This document shows positions 43,510 through 52,664 of a stretch of 64,000 nucleotides of DNA, piece after piece (within the stretch, counting starts at the first letter, position 1; each line of letters begins with the position of its first letter). The stretch is from Aulosira sp. ZfuVER01 (GTDB lineage: Bacteria; Cyanobacteriota; Cyanobacteriia; Cyanobacteriales; Nostocaceae): positions 42,404 to 106,403 of the forward strand of contig JAVRCV020000043.1 in assembly GCA_034530615.2 (NCBI GenBank), read 5' to 3'. Made by a program: the position numbers and the translations under genes. The notes below the pieces were generated by a model, which was given only the letters and a program-made list of their open reading frames with translations, was not told where the DNA came from and did no database searches.

Positions 43510-44214
43510 TCAAGAAATTGAAAAATCTTCAGCAAACTGTTTTCTGGTTAAAGGTTCTGTCAAACTGACACCTTCACCACCAAGTGGATAATTGTCATCT
43601 AGCAATTGACCTTCGATTGAGATAAAAACTTTATCTTTTGGATCGAGACTACTGGCTGTATATAGCACTTGAGCAACCCGATAAATCATCGAGCTACTAC
43701 CACCCCCAGACCTAAATTCACTCGACAAATTGACGTGAATTCCTGTTTTAGAGATCTGCAAAGCTAATAACTTAGTACCTGCGGGAATTGTGGTACTTAA
43801 ATTATTAGTTTTAGGACTGCTAAGAAGATTGTTAAGTGCTTCTTTGATCGCCAATTCCTTGGATGCGCCCTGAGTGACAGTAACTAATTGAGGAGCTAAA
43901 TGAAGTTGCGTACCTTCAACTGTTAACCAATAAGTTTGAGGTTGTAACTGTATTGCTTTTGTGTTGGCTTTTGGCGCTAATGTTTGTGTTGTTGTCGGTA
44001 TATTCGTCTGCTCTTGTGGTAGAGGAACTGTGGTTTTGGGAATTGTTGAGACAGGAGGCTGCTCTATTTGGGAAGGAACGGTAAGTTGTTTAACAGAGCT
44101 GGGTTTTGTGGCTTGCCAAGTCCACCAAGCGGTTCCTCCGACTACGGTTAACAGGAGTAGCGCAAAACCGATTAGAACCTCCTTTTGCTTTGAATGATTA
44201 TTTTGGGTTTTCAT
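43510..44214 (-). CDS. GerMN-domain membrane-anchored protein
   Basis: One TM helix; TTIPAGTKLL, VNLSSEF, GGGSSSM, QVLYTA motifs. Confidence 0.88.
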   Translation of the reverse strand: MKTQNNHSKQKEVLIGFALLLLTVVGGTAWWTWQATKPSSVKQLTVPSQIEQPPVSTIPKTTVPLPQEQTNIPTTTQTLAPKANTKAIQLQPQTYWLTVEGTQLHLAPQLVTVTQGASKELAIKEALNNLLSSPKTNNLSTTIPAGTKLLALQISKTGIHVNLSSEFRSGGGSSSMIYRVAQVLYTASSLDPKDKVFISIEGQLLDDNYPLGGEGVSLTEPLTRKQFAEDFSIS

Positions 44215-44388
44215 GGCTAGCTCCTGCAAATTAAGATAATTTAAAGAATTTTTATCAATAGCAAACCTTTTGCTACATTCCAAATTGAAATTCTTGCTGC
44301 TGGTGCAGGTGCGCCTACCTCAGTAGCAGTGCAGCTATTCATTGTCTCTTCCATACTTGGATAGTGAGCCAATGTCGGCTGTACTCTC

Positions 44389-44421
44389 AAGTTAGGAAAA
44401 AAATTTGAGGAACTTGTGAGG
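44389..44421 (-). promoter_or_regulatory. Direct-repeat motif plus -10-like hexamer (GerMN cluster)
   Basis: CCTCACAAGTTCCTCAA-N10-TAACTT on the minus strand. Confidence 0.75.
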
Positions 44422-44522
44422 GAAGCTTGATTTGATAAAGATTAATAAAATTTCTTGATAGGAAGATTTTTTACACGTCACCGCGTCATCACGCCACCGC
44501 GTCTTGTTTGTAAAATCCCCAT

Positions 44523-44555
44523 CCTCACAATTTCCTCAACTTATTACTCTATAAA
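44523..44555 (+). promoter_or_regulatory. Direct-repeat motif plus -10-like hexamer (hoxE)
   Basis: CCTCACAATTTCCTCAA-N10-TATAAA. Confidence 0.75.
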
Positions 44556-44630
44556 CTTAAATACAAGGCTGCTCTCAGCCTGAAATTGTGTCGGCAGCTA
44601 TCTCGAACTTCTGATAAAAAGGCTCAAATC

Positions 44631-45170
44631 ATGAATTCAGCATCCGCTGCTCAAACAGACAAAACTACAAAAGCACCTTTAGCAACACACGCCAGCGGTG
44701 ATAAACGCTTTAAGATGCTGGATGCAACTATCAAACGCTACCAGTATCAGCAAGATGCACTGATTGAAGTACTGCATAAAGCGCAAGAACTTTTTGGTTA
44801 CTTAGAAACTGATGTATTATATTACGTTGCCCACAGTCTAAAATTACCGCCCAGCCGAGTTTATGGAGTTGCCACTTTCTACCATCTATTTTCACTAGCA
44901 CCTAGTGGCGCGCATACCTGCGTGGTGTGTACAGGTACAGCCTGTTATGTCAAAGGCGCTCAAGCTATTCTCACAGAAGTAGAACAGTCTGCCCACATCC
45001 ATGCTGGTGAAACTACACCTGATAGTCAACTATCATTACTAACAGCCAGGTGTTTAGGTGCGTGTGGAATTGCACCTGCGGTAGTTTTTGATGGCACAGT
45101 ATTAGGTAATCAAACTGCTGACTCAGTATGCGATCGCATTAAAGGATGGCTTAAAGATGGATCTAGCTGA
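44631..45170 (+). CDS. hoxE: Bidirectional hydrogenase diaphorase subunit HoxE
   Basis: NuoE-like; [10 protein letters not shown] and CLGACG 2Fe-2S ligands. Confidence 0.96.
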   Translation: MNSASAAQTDKTTKAPLATHASGDKRFKMLDATIKRYQYQQDALIEVLHKAQELFGYLETDVLYYVAHSLKLPPSRVYGVATFYHLFSLAPSGAHTCVVCTGTACYVKGAQAILTEVEQSAHIHAGETTPDSQLSLLTARCLGACGIAPAVVFDGTVLGNQTADSVCDRIKGWLKDGSS

Positions 45171-46776
45171 ATTACAGGAAATCGCCCAAAAAGAACGCGC
45201 TGGCGAAAAACCCGTGCAAATTCGCTGTTGTGTTGCGGCTGGTTGTCTCTCAGCCAATTCCCAAAACGTCAAACAGCGCTTAGAAGCATCTGTCACAGAT
45301 GCAGGGTTAGAAGAACAGGTGCAAGTAACTGGGGTTGGCTGTATGCGCTTGTGCTGTAACGGGCCATTAGTGGAAGTTAAGGAGAAGAACACAGATAGTC
45401 TAGGCACACTTTACGAAAAAGTCACTCCTGAAGATGCACCATCAATTATCGCTGCGCTTGGTGGAGAAGAGACAACAGTTCAAAAAGGCGATTTAGCCCA
45501 TCCATTTTTTACCTACCAAATGCCGATTGTTTTAGAAAACAGTGGCAAAGTCGATCCCGAACGCATTCAATCTTATATTGCAGCTAAAGGTTATCAAGCG
45601 CTTTATCATGTACTGCGGGAAATGACTCCGGCGGAAGTGGTAGATGCAGTAACTCGTAGTGGTTTACGGGGAAGAGGTGGTGCTGGTTATCCTACAGGAG
45701 TGAAATGGGCGACAGTTGCAAAAGCGAAAGGCGATCGCAAATTTGTCATCTGTAACGCCGATGAAGGCGATCCAGGTGCATTTATGGATCGCAGCGTTCT
45801 CGAAAGCGATCCCCATCGAGTTTTAGAAGGAATGGCGATCGCAGCTTATGCTGTCGGTGCTAATCAAGGCTATATCTACATCCGCGCCGAATATCCCGTT
45901 GCTATTAACCGCCTGCAAACTGCTATTCGCCAAGCACAACGTCTCGGCATTTTGGGCAGTCAAATCTTCGACTCCCGTTTTGATTTTAAAATTGATATCC
46001 GCATTGGTGCGGGTGCTTATGTTTGCGGTGAAGAAACTGCACTCATGGCTTCTATTGAAGGTAAACGCGGTCTTCCCGAACCCCGTCCCCCTTATCCTGC
46101 TGAGTCTGGTTTGTGGGGATATCCTACCTTAATTAACAATGTGGAAACCTACGCCAATATTTCACCGATTATTCGCAAAGGTGCTGATTGGTTTGCCAGC
46201 ATTGGGACAGAAAAGAGCAAGGGGACAAAAGTTTTTGCACTTGCAGGTAAAATCCGTAACACAGGTTTAATCGAAGTGCCGATGGGAACCCCATTACACC
46301 GGATTGTCGAAGAAATGGGTGGTGGCGTACCAGATGGCGGTGTAGTCAAAGCAGTACAAACAGGCGGCCCTTCTGGGGGATGTATCCCCGCATCAGCTTT
46401 TGATAGTCCGGTAGATTACGAATCCCTCACGCAACTGGGTTCAATGATGGGTTCTGGCGGCATGATTGTCATGGATGACAGTACCAATATGGTGGATGTC
46501 GCCCGCTTTTTTATGGAATTTTGCATGGATGAATCCTGCGGAAAGTGCATTCCCTGTCGGGTTGGGACTGTGCAATTGCATCAGTTATTGACCAAAATTC
46601 GGTCAGGTAAAGCCTCAATGGCTGACTTGGAACTCCTGGAAGAATTATGTGACATGGTGAAGCATACCAGCTTATGCGGTCTTGGTCAGTCTGCACCCAA
46701 TCCGGTATTTAGTACATTGCGTTATTTCCGAGATGAGTATTTAGCTTTGATTCAAGAAGCCGCCAAATCTAAATAG
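45157..46776 (+). CDS. hoxF: Bidirectional hydrogenase diaphorase subunit HoxF
   Basis: [28 protein letters not shown] motifs; overlaps hoxE. Confidence 0.96.
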   Translation: MDLAELQEIAQKERAGEKPVQIRCCVAAGCLSANSQNVKQRLEASVTDAGLEEQVQVTGVGCMRLCCNGPLVEVKEKNTDSLGTLYEKVTPEDAPSIIAALGGEETTVQKGDLAHPFFTYQMPIVLENSGKVDPERIQSYIAAKGYQALYHVLREMTPAEVVDAVTRSGLRGRGGAGYPTGVKWATVAKAKGDRKFVICNADEGDPGAFMDRSVLESDPHRVLEGMAIAAYAVGANQGYIYIRAEYPVAINRLQTAIRQAQRLGILGSQIFDSRFDFKIDIRIGAGAYVCGEETALMASIEGKRGLPEPRPPYPAESGLWGYPTLINNVETYANISPIIRKGADWFASIGTEKSKGTKVFALAGKIRNTGLIEVPMGTPLHRIVEEMGGGVPDGGVVKAVQTGGPSGGCIPASAFDSPVDYESLTQLGSMMGSGGMIVMDDSTNMVDVARFFMEFCMDESCGKCIPCRVGTVQLHQLLTKIRSGKASMADLELLEELCDMVKHTSLCGLGQSAPNPVFSTLRYFRDEYLALIQEAAKSK

Positions 46777-46936
46777 TCGAGCCAAATGTTGACTTAAATA
46801 TTTCTCAACATTATTGATGCAAGGTTAGCGATCGTACCCAGCAATTAATTGAACAATCAGCCATAAGTAGATAACTAGTACTTCAGTGCAGCTTGAAATT
46901 AAATTAAAGCCACATCCTTGAAATAAGGAGGCGGAA

Positions 46937-47638
46937 ATGATTAATTTTTTTCAGCGCCATAAGCAAAAGTGTAAAAAGTGCAAAAAAGAGTTTAAGAAAG
47001 CACAACTTTCAGAGGGTATTTGTCAAGAATGCCAAAAACTTGGAATACCTGCTAAATCTACATGGCAAAGATGTACTCATTGCAGTATATTCTTTCCTGC
47101 GCTGCAACTTTCTGATACCTTATGTCCAGCATGTCAAAAATTATTTCAGAAAGCAGAAAAATCTGATTTTTATCCACCCATATATGAGCCTTATGGTAAA
47201 GGCTATCCTCATGTTCCTATACAGCCACTGTCAGATTGGGTAGATCTAGGCTGCCAACAACCAAAAAGACATGAGAATAGAGAAAAATGTATTTGTTGTC
47301 AAAAATCATTCTTTGAATGGCAACTTTCGCATGGTTTATGCCCAAATTGCCAAAATATACCACAAGCACAATGTGCTCATTGCGGTAAATGGTTTTTTGA
47401 GTCAGAACTGTCAAATGGTTTCTGTTGCAAGTGTAAATTCAAAAGTTGGAGAAACCGAAGAATTTGCGATCGTTGTCATAAATTGGTTTTCCAGTCAGAA
47501 CTTTCAAACGGTTTATGTTTAAAGTGCCAATCTCAAGACTTAAAAAAGCAAGCAATTTGTGTTGGTTGTCATGAATGGTTTTTGATGTCAGAACTGAGAA
47601 ATGGTTTATGTTTTAAGTGTCAACTCAAAGGATTGTGA
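46937..47638 (+). CDS. Cys-rich protein with six Cx2C-x13-Cx2C repeats
   Basis: AGGAGG RBS; six evenly spaced repeats with (E/Q)LSxGLC core. Confidence 0.8.
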   Translation: MINFFQRHKQKCKKCKKEFKKAQLSEGICQECQKLGIPAKSTWQRCTHCSIFFPALQLSDTLCPACQKLFQKAEKSDFYPPIYEPYGKGYPHVPIQPLSDWVDLGCQQPKRHENREKCICCQKSFFEWQLSHGLCPNCQNIPQAQCAHCGKWFFESELSNGFCCKCKFKSWRNRRICDRCHKLVFQSELSNGLCLKCQSQDLKKQAICVGCHEWFLMSELRNGLCFKCQLKGL

Positions 47639-47769
47639 CCAAAAATAAAAAGTTTGCTGAAATTCTGGTTTTTTATTTCTAATAGCGAGTTGTGAGATTA
47701 ACCAAGATGATAATTATATTTTTTAAATCTATGTAAATCTAATGCGACTAGAAGTATGAGGGGAATTAA

Positions 47770-49395
47770 ATGACTAACTCAAATCAATACGATGCAATTG
47801 TGATTGGTTCTGGTATGGGTGGTTTAACTGTTGCTGCTATCCTCTCAAAATTCAATCACAAAAAAGTTCTGATTTTAGAACAACATTTCGTTATTGGCGG
47901 CTACACCCACGAATTTGAACGCGATCGCAAATTCAAATGGGATGTGGGACTCCATTATGTAGGAAATATGGGACAAGGTGAACTCGGACGGACTGTATTC
48001 GATTACATCACCGATGGCAAATTGCAATGGAGTAAAATGCCAGATCCGTTTGAGAAATTTGTCTATCCTGATTTTACATTTGCCCAATCTTCAGACCCGC
48101 AAAAATTTCAAGCTGACCTGATCGAGATATTTCCAGAGGAACAGACAGCAATTATCAGGTATTTTTCAGATGTGAAAAATACTGCTAAGGTAGGAACTTT
48201 ATCTGGTTTATTAGGTTTTTGGCGTAAATTATTTTTACCCAGAGTCAGCAAAATTTCTCGGTTAACAACTAAAGAATATCTTGACCAGAATTTTGACAAT
48301 CCTACGCTCAAAGCACTGTTAGCTTCTCAATGGGGCGATTATGGTTTACCACCTTCAGAAAGTTCCTTTGTGATTCATGCGATATTAGTTTACCACTATC
48401 TTAGAGGTGGATACTATCCTGTGGGTGGTGCTGCGGAAATTGCCAAAAATATCATGCCTGTAATTGAAAGAAATGGCGGTCAGGCACTTACTCAACGTCA
48501 AGTAACAGAAATTATTATCAAAGACAATGTAGCTAAAGGTGTAAAAGTCCAAAAGACACACCAATCTGATGCGCCAATTGAAGAATTTTATGCGCCGATT
48601 ATTATTTCTGATGCTGGCGCATTTAATACCTACACTAAGTTAATTCCCGCTACAGTCGAAAACAAATTAGTTGCTAGATACTGCAAAGAAATCCAAGAAT
48701 TTCCCAAACCTCACAGCTTATTTACTCTGTATTTAGGATTCAAAGAATCACCTGCAAAGTTGGGGTTTAAAGGTGAAAATTATTGGCTATATTCAGGTTA
48801 CGACCACGATCGCACTTTTAAAGAACAAAGCGCTGCACCTCATCAAGGTATTAAAGCCTGTTATCTCTCCTTTGCTTCCCTCAAAGACTCCACCCAAACA
48901 GCCCACACGGGTCAAATTATTGTCTTTATTGATTACGACTTCTTTACCAAATGGCACAACCAAACTTGGAAGCGAAGAGAACAGGAATATTACAAACTCA
49001 AAGAAACAATTGCACATCATCTTCTCGATTTTGTTGAGACTCACTATCCTGGTTTCCGAGAATTAATTGAATACAGCGAACTTTCTACACCTCTGACTTT
49101 GGAATACTTTGACCAAAGCTACAGAGGAGCTGTTTACGGTATCCCTGCTGTACCAGCCAGATTCAACAAAAAATGGATTAGTCCCAAAACTCCGATTAAA
49201 AACCTCTATCTCACTGGAGCAGATGCAGCATTATTTGGCATCATGGGTGCTTTGATGGGTGGTGTTTCTACAGCCGCAGTGCTTAACGAACCGTTTGGTT
49301 TTTCCAAGTTGATAAGCAATTGTTTCCAAGAAAGCGCTCAAGCTCTTAAGCCTAAGGATAATGTGACGGATAAAGCGATGCAACCAAGTTCATAG
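47770..49395 (+). CDS. FAD-dependent oxidoreductase, phytoene desaturase/retinol saturase family
   Basis: GSGMGG, LEQH..IGG, DVGLHY, STPLT, NLYLTGAD motifs. Confidence 0.88.
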   Translation: MTNSNQYDAIVIGSGMGGLTVAAILSKFNHKKVLILEQHFVIGGYTHEFERDRKFKWDVGLHYVGNMGQGELGRTVFDYITDGKLQWSKMPDPFEKFVYPDFTFAQSSDPQKFQADLIEIFPEEQTAIIRYFSDVKNTAKVGTLSGLLGFWRKLFLPRVSKISRLTTKEYLDQNFDNPTLKALLASQWGDYGLPPSESSFVIHAILVYHYLRGGYYPVGGAAEIAKNIMPVIERNGGQALTQRQVTEIIIKDNVAKGVKVQKTHQSDAPIEEFYAPIIISDAGAFNTYTKLIPATVENKLVARYCKEIQEFPKPHSLFTLYLGFKESPAKLGFKGENYWLYSGYDHDRTFKEQSAAPHQGIKACYLSFASLKDSTQTAHTGQIIVFIDYDFFTKWHNQTWKRREQEYYKLKETIAHHLLDFVETHYPGFRELIEYSELSTPLTLEYFDQSYRGAVYGIPAVPARFNKKWISPKTPIKNLYLTGADAALFGIMGALMGGVSTAAVLNEPFGFSKLISNCFQESAQALKPKDNVTDKAMQPSS

Positions 49396-49454
49396 CAATT
49401 GGGGATTTACATTTGCATAACACCTCTATGGACATCCTTAGGTATTGCTACTGG

Positions 49455-50354
49455 CTACTCGTTAATCCGTAATCCGTAAAAAGCTTTGAGTACCATTGGC
49501 AGACGCCGATGCCAGGATTCTTCTGTGTGATCCCCAATCGGATCTTCATAAGTAAACAGTTCTCGATCCTGCACATAGCCGAACTTTTGATTGAGCAGAA
49601 GATCTCTCATTTCTCGTCCCCTCTTGGTAGCATGTTTCTCAATCCACCAGTTGTGTTCGCCTCCATCCCGCACCAGTCCCCAATCCAGCCATACTCTAGG
49701 TCTGATAGTTTTGTCATACAGGGTTTTAGAGGTTAGCTCGATCAGACTTGAGTTTGCGAGGGAGGCGAACACTCCTAATCCGGTGTCGAGTCCTACCCAA
49801 AAGGATGGGGATAAAGCGGCGACATTCTTAAAGCTATCGGGTTTGCAACAGCCAATATAGAATGCAGCTAGTCCACCGTGGGATGAACCCAGAATTGTAG
49901 TTTCCTGTGCTTGAGGTAGAGTCCGGTAATTGCGATCGATAAAAGGCTTAACATAGTCACTTAGATACTGGGCGTAATCTTTAAGTCCGCAACAGGGACG
50001 GTATAAAACTGGCTCATGGGTATACTCACGATCGCGGTTAAGAGGACAAACCGCTACGACTATCAGCTTGCGGATGGCATTTTCACCATAAAGTGTGCTT
50101 AGTACCTCTGCTGTCCACCAAGATTTGTTCGCTAGTCCTCCTGGGAAGAAGGCAGTATCTCCATCGTTCATGTAAACAACAGGATAATGCTCTCCCACGC
50201 TTTCATACTCCCGTGGCAGAAACACATGGACCTTTCGCGGTGCATCGTTTACCCCTGCTACTTGAAAGCGATCGTAAGTATGAAAGAAACCTGCAAAGTG
50301 ACCCAAATCGTGAAACCAAGCTTTCTGACCTGCTTTCTCAAATGGAATAGCCAT
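49455..50354 (-). CDS. Alpha/beta-hydrolase (putative esterase)
   Basis: YPVVYMNDG, GSSHGG nucleophile elbow, HTEESW. Confidence 0.87.
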   Translation of the reverse strand: MAIPFEKAGQKAWFHDLGHFAGFFHTYDRFQVAGVNDAPRKVHVFLPREYESVGEHYPVVYMNDGDTAFFPGGLANKSWWTAEVLSTLYGENAIRKLIVVAVCPLNRDREYTHEPVLYRPCCGLKDYAQYLSDYVKPFIDRNYRTLPQAQETTILGSSHGGLAAFYIGCCKPDSFKNVAALSPSFWVGLDTGLGVFASLANSSLIELTSKTLYDKTIRPRVWLDWGLVRDGGEHNWWIEKHATKRGREMRDLLLNQKFGYVQDRELFTYEDPIGDHTEESWHRRLPMVLKAFYGLRINE

Positions 50355-50392
50355 AGTTACCCTTTATTTACGTATTCCTGTGCGATCGCCCA

Positions 50393-51466
50393 TTAGCTGG
50401 AACGGTCAGGATCGGCACTGAGGCGTCCCTGATTGACCGTCTTGAGATAATAGCCTGTGGTGGGTCGGTTTTTCAGGTCAAATTTTTGACCATCGCTCGC
50501 TTTCCAGATTTTAAATTTGGAGAAACTGAGCGATTGACCTGGCTCACACCTGTCAGGTGAGCGATCGCCTAAGACAAAGTAGACTGGCCCTTTTCCCATG
50601 ACCTGAGCCATGCCATCGCGATTAACAACCAGCGAAGTGGCTTCTGGAAGGCCAATGCCCAAGACCTCATCTGCCATGCCATCACGGATTTGACGGGCAA
50701 TGAATGCCATCAAGCGACCCATGCGATCGTGTGTATCAAAGTGCGTGTCGATGATTGTGCCCTTGAGAGTTGTCCAGTTGAATAAGTCATTAGTAAAACT
50801 AATATCTCTATAGGGATCGCTTAAAGCATCGTCACTGGTGATGTTCTTTCGTCCTTGTAAACAAGCATTGTAGATAAACTCACTTTGGATCATGGCACCG
50901 GCACTAGTACCACCAATTCCACCCCCACGTGCATAGACTGATTTCACGGCGTCTTCCAGTCCATTACGCTGGAAATTTCGAGCATAGTTGCACTGGTCGC
51001 CTCCAGCAAAGAAAATTACCTCCGCTTGGCGGATGCGCTTGACGACATCTGGCTGATTGGCATCTTCCCGACTGCCAATCACCAAAGTTTCCACGGAATC
51101 GACCCCTTGCATATCCAGAATCGGCTGATTGTAAGCATCATCGTCGCTGGGATCGTCATCAGGCGAGCGAATCACCACCACATCTACTTTAGTGGCGCAA
51201 TTGCTACACCCCCTCACCTGATTAATCATCCACTGAATTGCGGGATCGACATCAGTCCCCCCACCGCCTAAGTCAGAAACCATGCCAGATAGGGGTGGAT
51301 TTACATCAGCAGAATTACCTTTGAGGTATTGCATGACTTTAGCCTCTGCTGATGAGGGAAAGGCTGCGATCGCAACAAGTACAACTAGGACAAACAACCA
51401 AAATGATTTCGCCAAATACTTGAATCGGATTGTGGGGAAATCAGACTCTTTGATGTTCGCACTCAT
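50393..51466 (-). CDS. Secreted cyanophycinase-like S51 peptidase
   Basis: Signal peptide (AEA-K); FFAGGDQ, GGTSAGA, DTHF...RMGRL motifs. Confidence 0.87.
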   Translation of the reverse strand: MSANIKESDFPTIRFKYLAKSFWLFVLVVLVAIAAFPSSAEAKVMQYLKGNSADVNPPLSGMVSDLGGGGTDVDPAIQWMINQVRGCSNCATKVDVVVIRSPDDDPSDDDAYNQPILDMQGVDSVETLVIGSREDANQPDVVKRIRQAEVIFFAGGDQCNYARNFQRNGLEDAVKSVYARGGGIGGTSAGAMIQSEFIYNACLQGRKNITSDDALSDPYRDISFTNDLFNWTTLKGTIIDTHFDTHDRMGRLMAFIARQIRDGMADEVLGIGLPEATSLVVNRDGMAQVMGKGPVYFVLGDRSPDRCEPGQSLSFSKFKIWKASDGQKFDLKNRPTTGYYLKTVNQGRLSADPDRSS

Positions 51467-51478
51467 AGTGCGTTCCTC

Positions 51479-52408
51479 CTAATCTCCAGGTGGAAAATCC
51501 GCCAATTGATTTGCATCCGTAATTACGATTTGAGGCTTTCCATTCGCATTTGCTGGATAAAGACTCGCGGTTCCTGAGACATACACATAACCTCGACCAG
51601 AGTTGGCATAGCGGGTTTCAATCAGCCGCAAGATAGTCTGAGCCGCTACCGAATCCTTATCTGGAATCCACAAATTAAACTTTTGAAATTGTGACCCTGC
51701 ATAGATCAGGGCACCATTTCCTGTCCATTGATTAATACCTGATTGCAGGTCGCAGAACACAGTAACTTCGCTACCCGCTTTCGCAGCTTCCAGCAAACGA
51801 TTGTAGTCTAGACGCACCGATAGCACCCCAGCTTGAATGCCAAAGTACCGATAGTCCTGTACCACACTGTCCCGCAGATGCCACCAAGGAATCAGCGTCG
51901 TGTAGTCCCTGCGATTACCACCCCCATTAGTTGCCGGATTCCAGATCGCCAGTCCTTTCGCTTGAGCATCAGACTCCGCTTCGACAAACTGACGGTGATA
52001 GAGGCGAGAACGACCGTATTTAACAAAGTAGGGACTCCACCCTTCCCGCACGATGCGCACATTGGAATTTTCCTGCTCTGTGGCTTTGTAGACATAACAG
52101 AGCAACCGCCCATAGTTGTCTCGATGTTTAACCAGGCAAACCTGGACAGGGTCATTAGTGTCAAATTCAAGATTCACCCGGACATCACCGATGGGCATCC
52201 CTTGCTCATTTGCGCCAAAATACTGCTTCGCCCATTTTGATGCCAAAATACCAGCATTAGTAACAGGCTTATCGCCTCCATGCTGGCTTTCTTCAGTGTC
52301 AAGACAAACAAACCGAATCGATTCTTGCTCGTTATCCAGGAGTACTTTGATTGTGTCACCATCAATGACTTTGATGAGTTTCAGGTTTTTGATAACTGTG
52401 CCTTTCAT
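51479..52408 (-). CDS. Thermonuclease (SNase) family protein with extra C-terminal domain
   Basis: VIDGDT, IRFVCLDTEE, DNYGRLLCYV, A..KGLAIW motifs. Confidence 0.88.
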   Translation of the reverse strand: MKGTVIKNLKLIKVIDGDTIKVLLDNEQESIRFVCLDTEESQHGGDKPVTNAGILASKWAKQYFGANEQGMPIGDVRVNLEFDTNDPVQVCLVKHRDNYGRLLCYVYKATEQENSNVRIVREGWSPYFVKYGRSRLYHRQFVEAESDAQAKGLAIWNPATNGGGNRRDYTTLIPWWHLRDSVVQDYRYFGIQAGVLSVRLDYNRLLEAAKAGSEVTVFCDLQSGINQWTGNGALIYAGSQFQKFNLWIPDKDSVAAQTILRLIETRYANSGRGYVYVSGTASLYPANANGKPQIVITDANQLADFPPGD

Positions 52409-52664
52409 GCACTCCTCTCTTTGTTCATGAACAATGAAATGAGGGATTAAGATTGGTTGTTATTCTGGGTGTAGCACTAGATTTAATTTGTGTTGGGATC
52501 GCTGTTTCTCTTGTACTTCAGATTTGCGATCGCGTTATTGCACAGTTAATCCGGTCAGTGAAGTTTTAACTCTAGTTTGATTCTGGCGATCGCGTCCTTG
52601 TGAAGGAATAGCTCAGTACGTTCTCCTAATTAGCGATCGCACAGGCTCAACTTAACTTCAAAAC

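Noticed and set aside
44284..44630. LexA or NtcA boxes upstream of hoxE
   Set aside because: No convincing RGTAC-N3-DGTWC or GTA-N8-TAC match seen by eye
46792..46808. Possible sixth copy of the 17-bp motif (ACTTAAATATTTCTCAA)
   Set aside because: Only 11/17 match and no TA hexamer at the 10-bp spacing; isolated CTCACAA half-sites near 42885, 47690 and 60807 rejected likewise
47466..47572. CXXCH heme c motifs (CDRCH, CVGCH) in the Cys-rich protein
   Set aside because: Present in only 2 of 6 repeats, no export signal, and each belongs to a four-Cys unit that fits metal binding better
51479..52408. Thermonuclease as an anti-phage defence system
   Set aside because: No defence-type partner genes; neighbours are catabolic hydrolases
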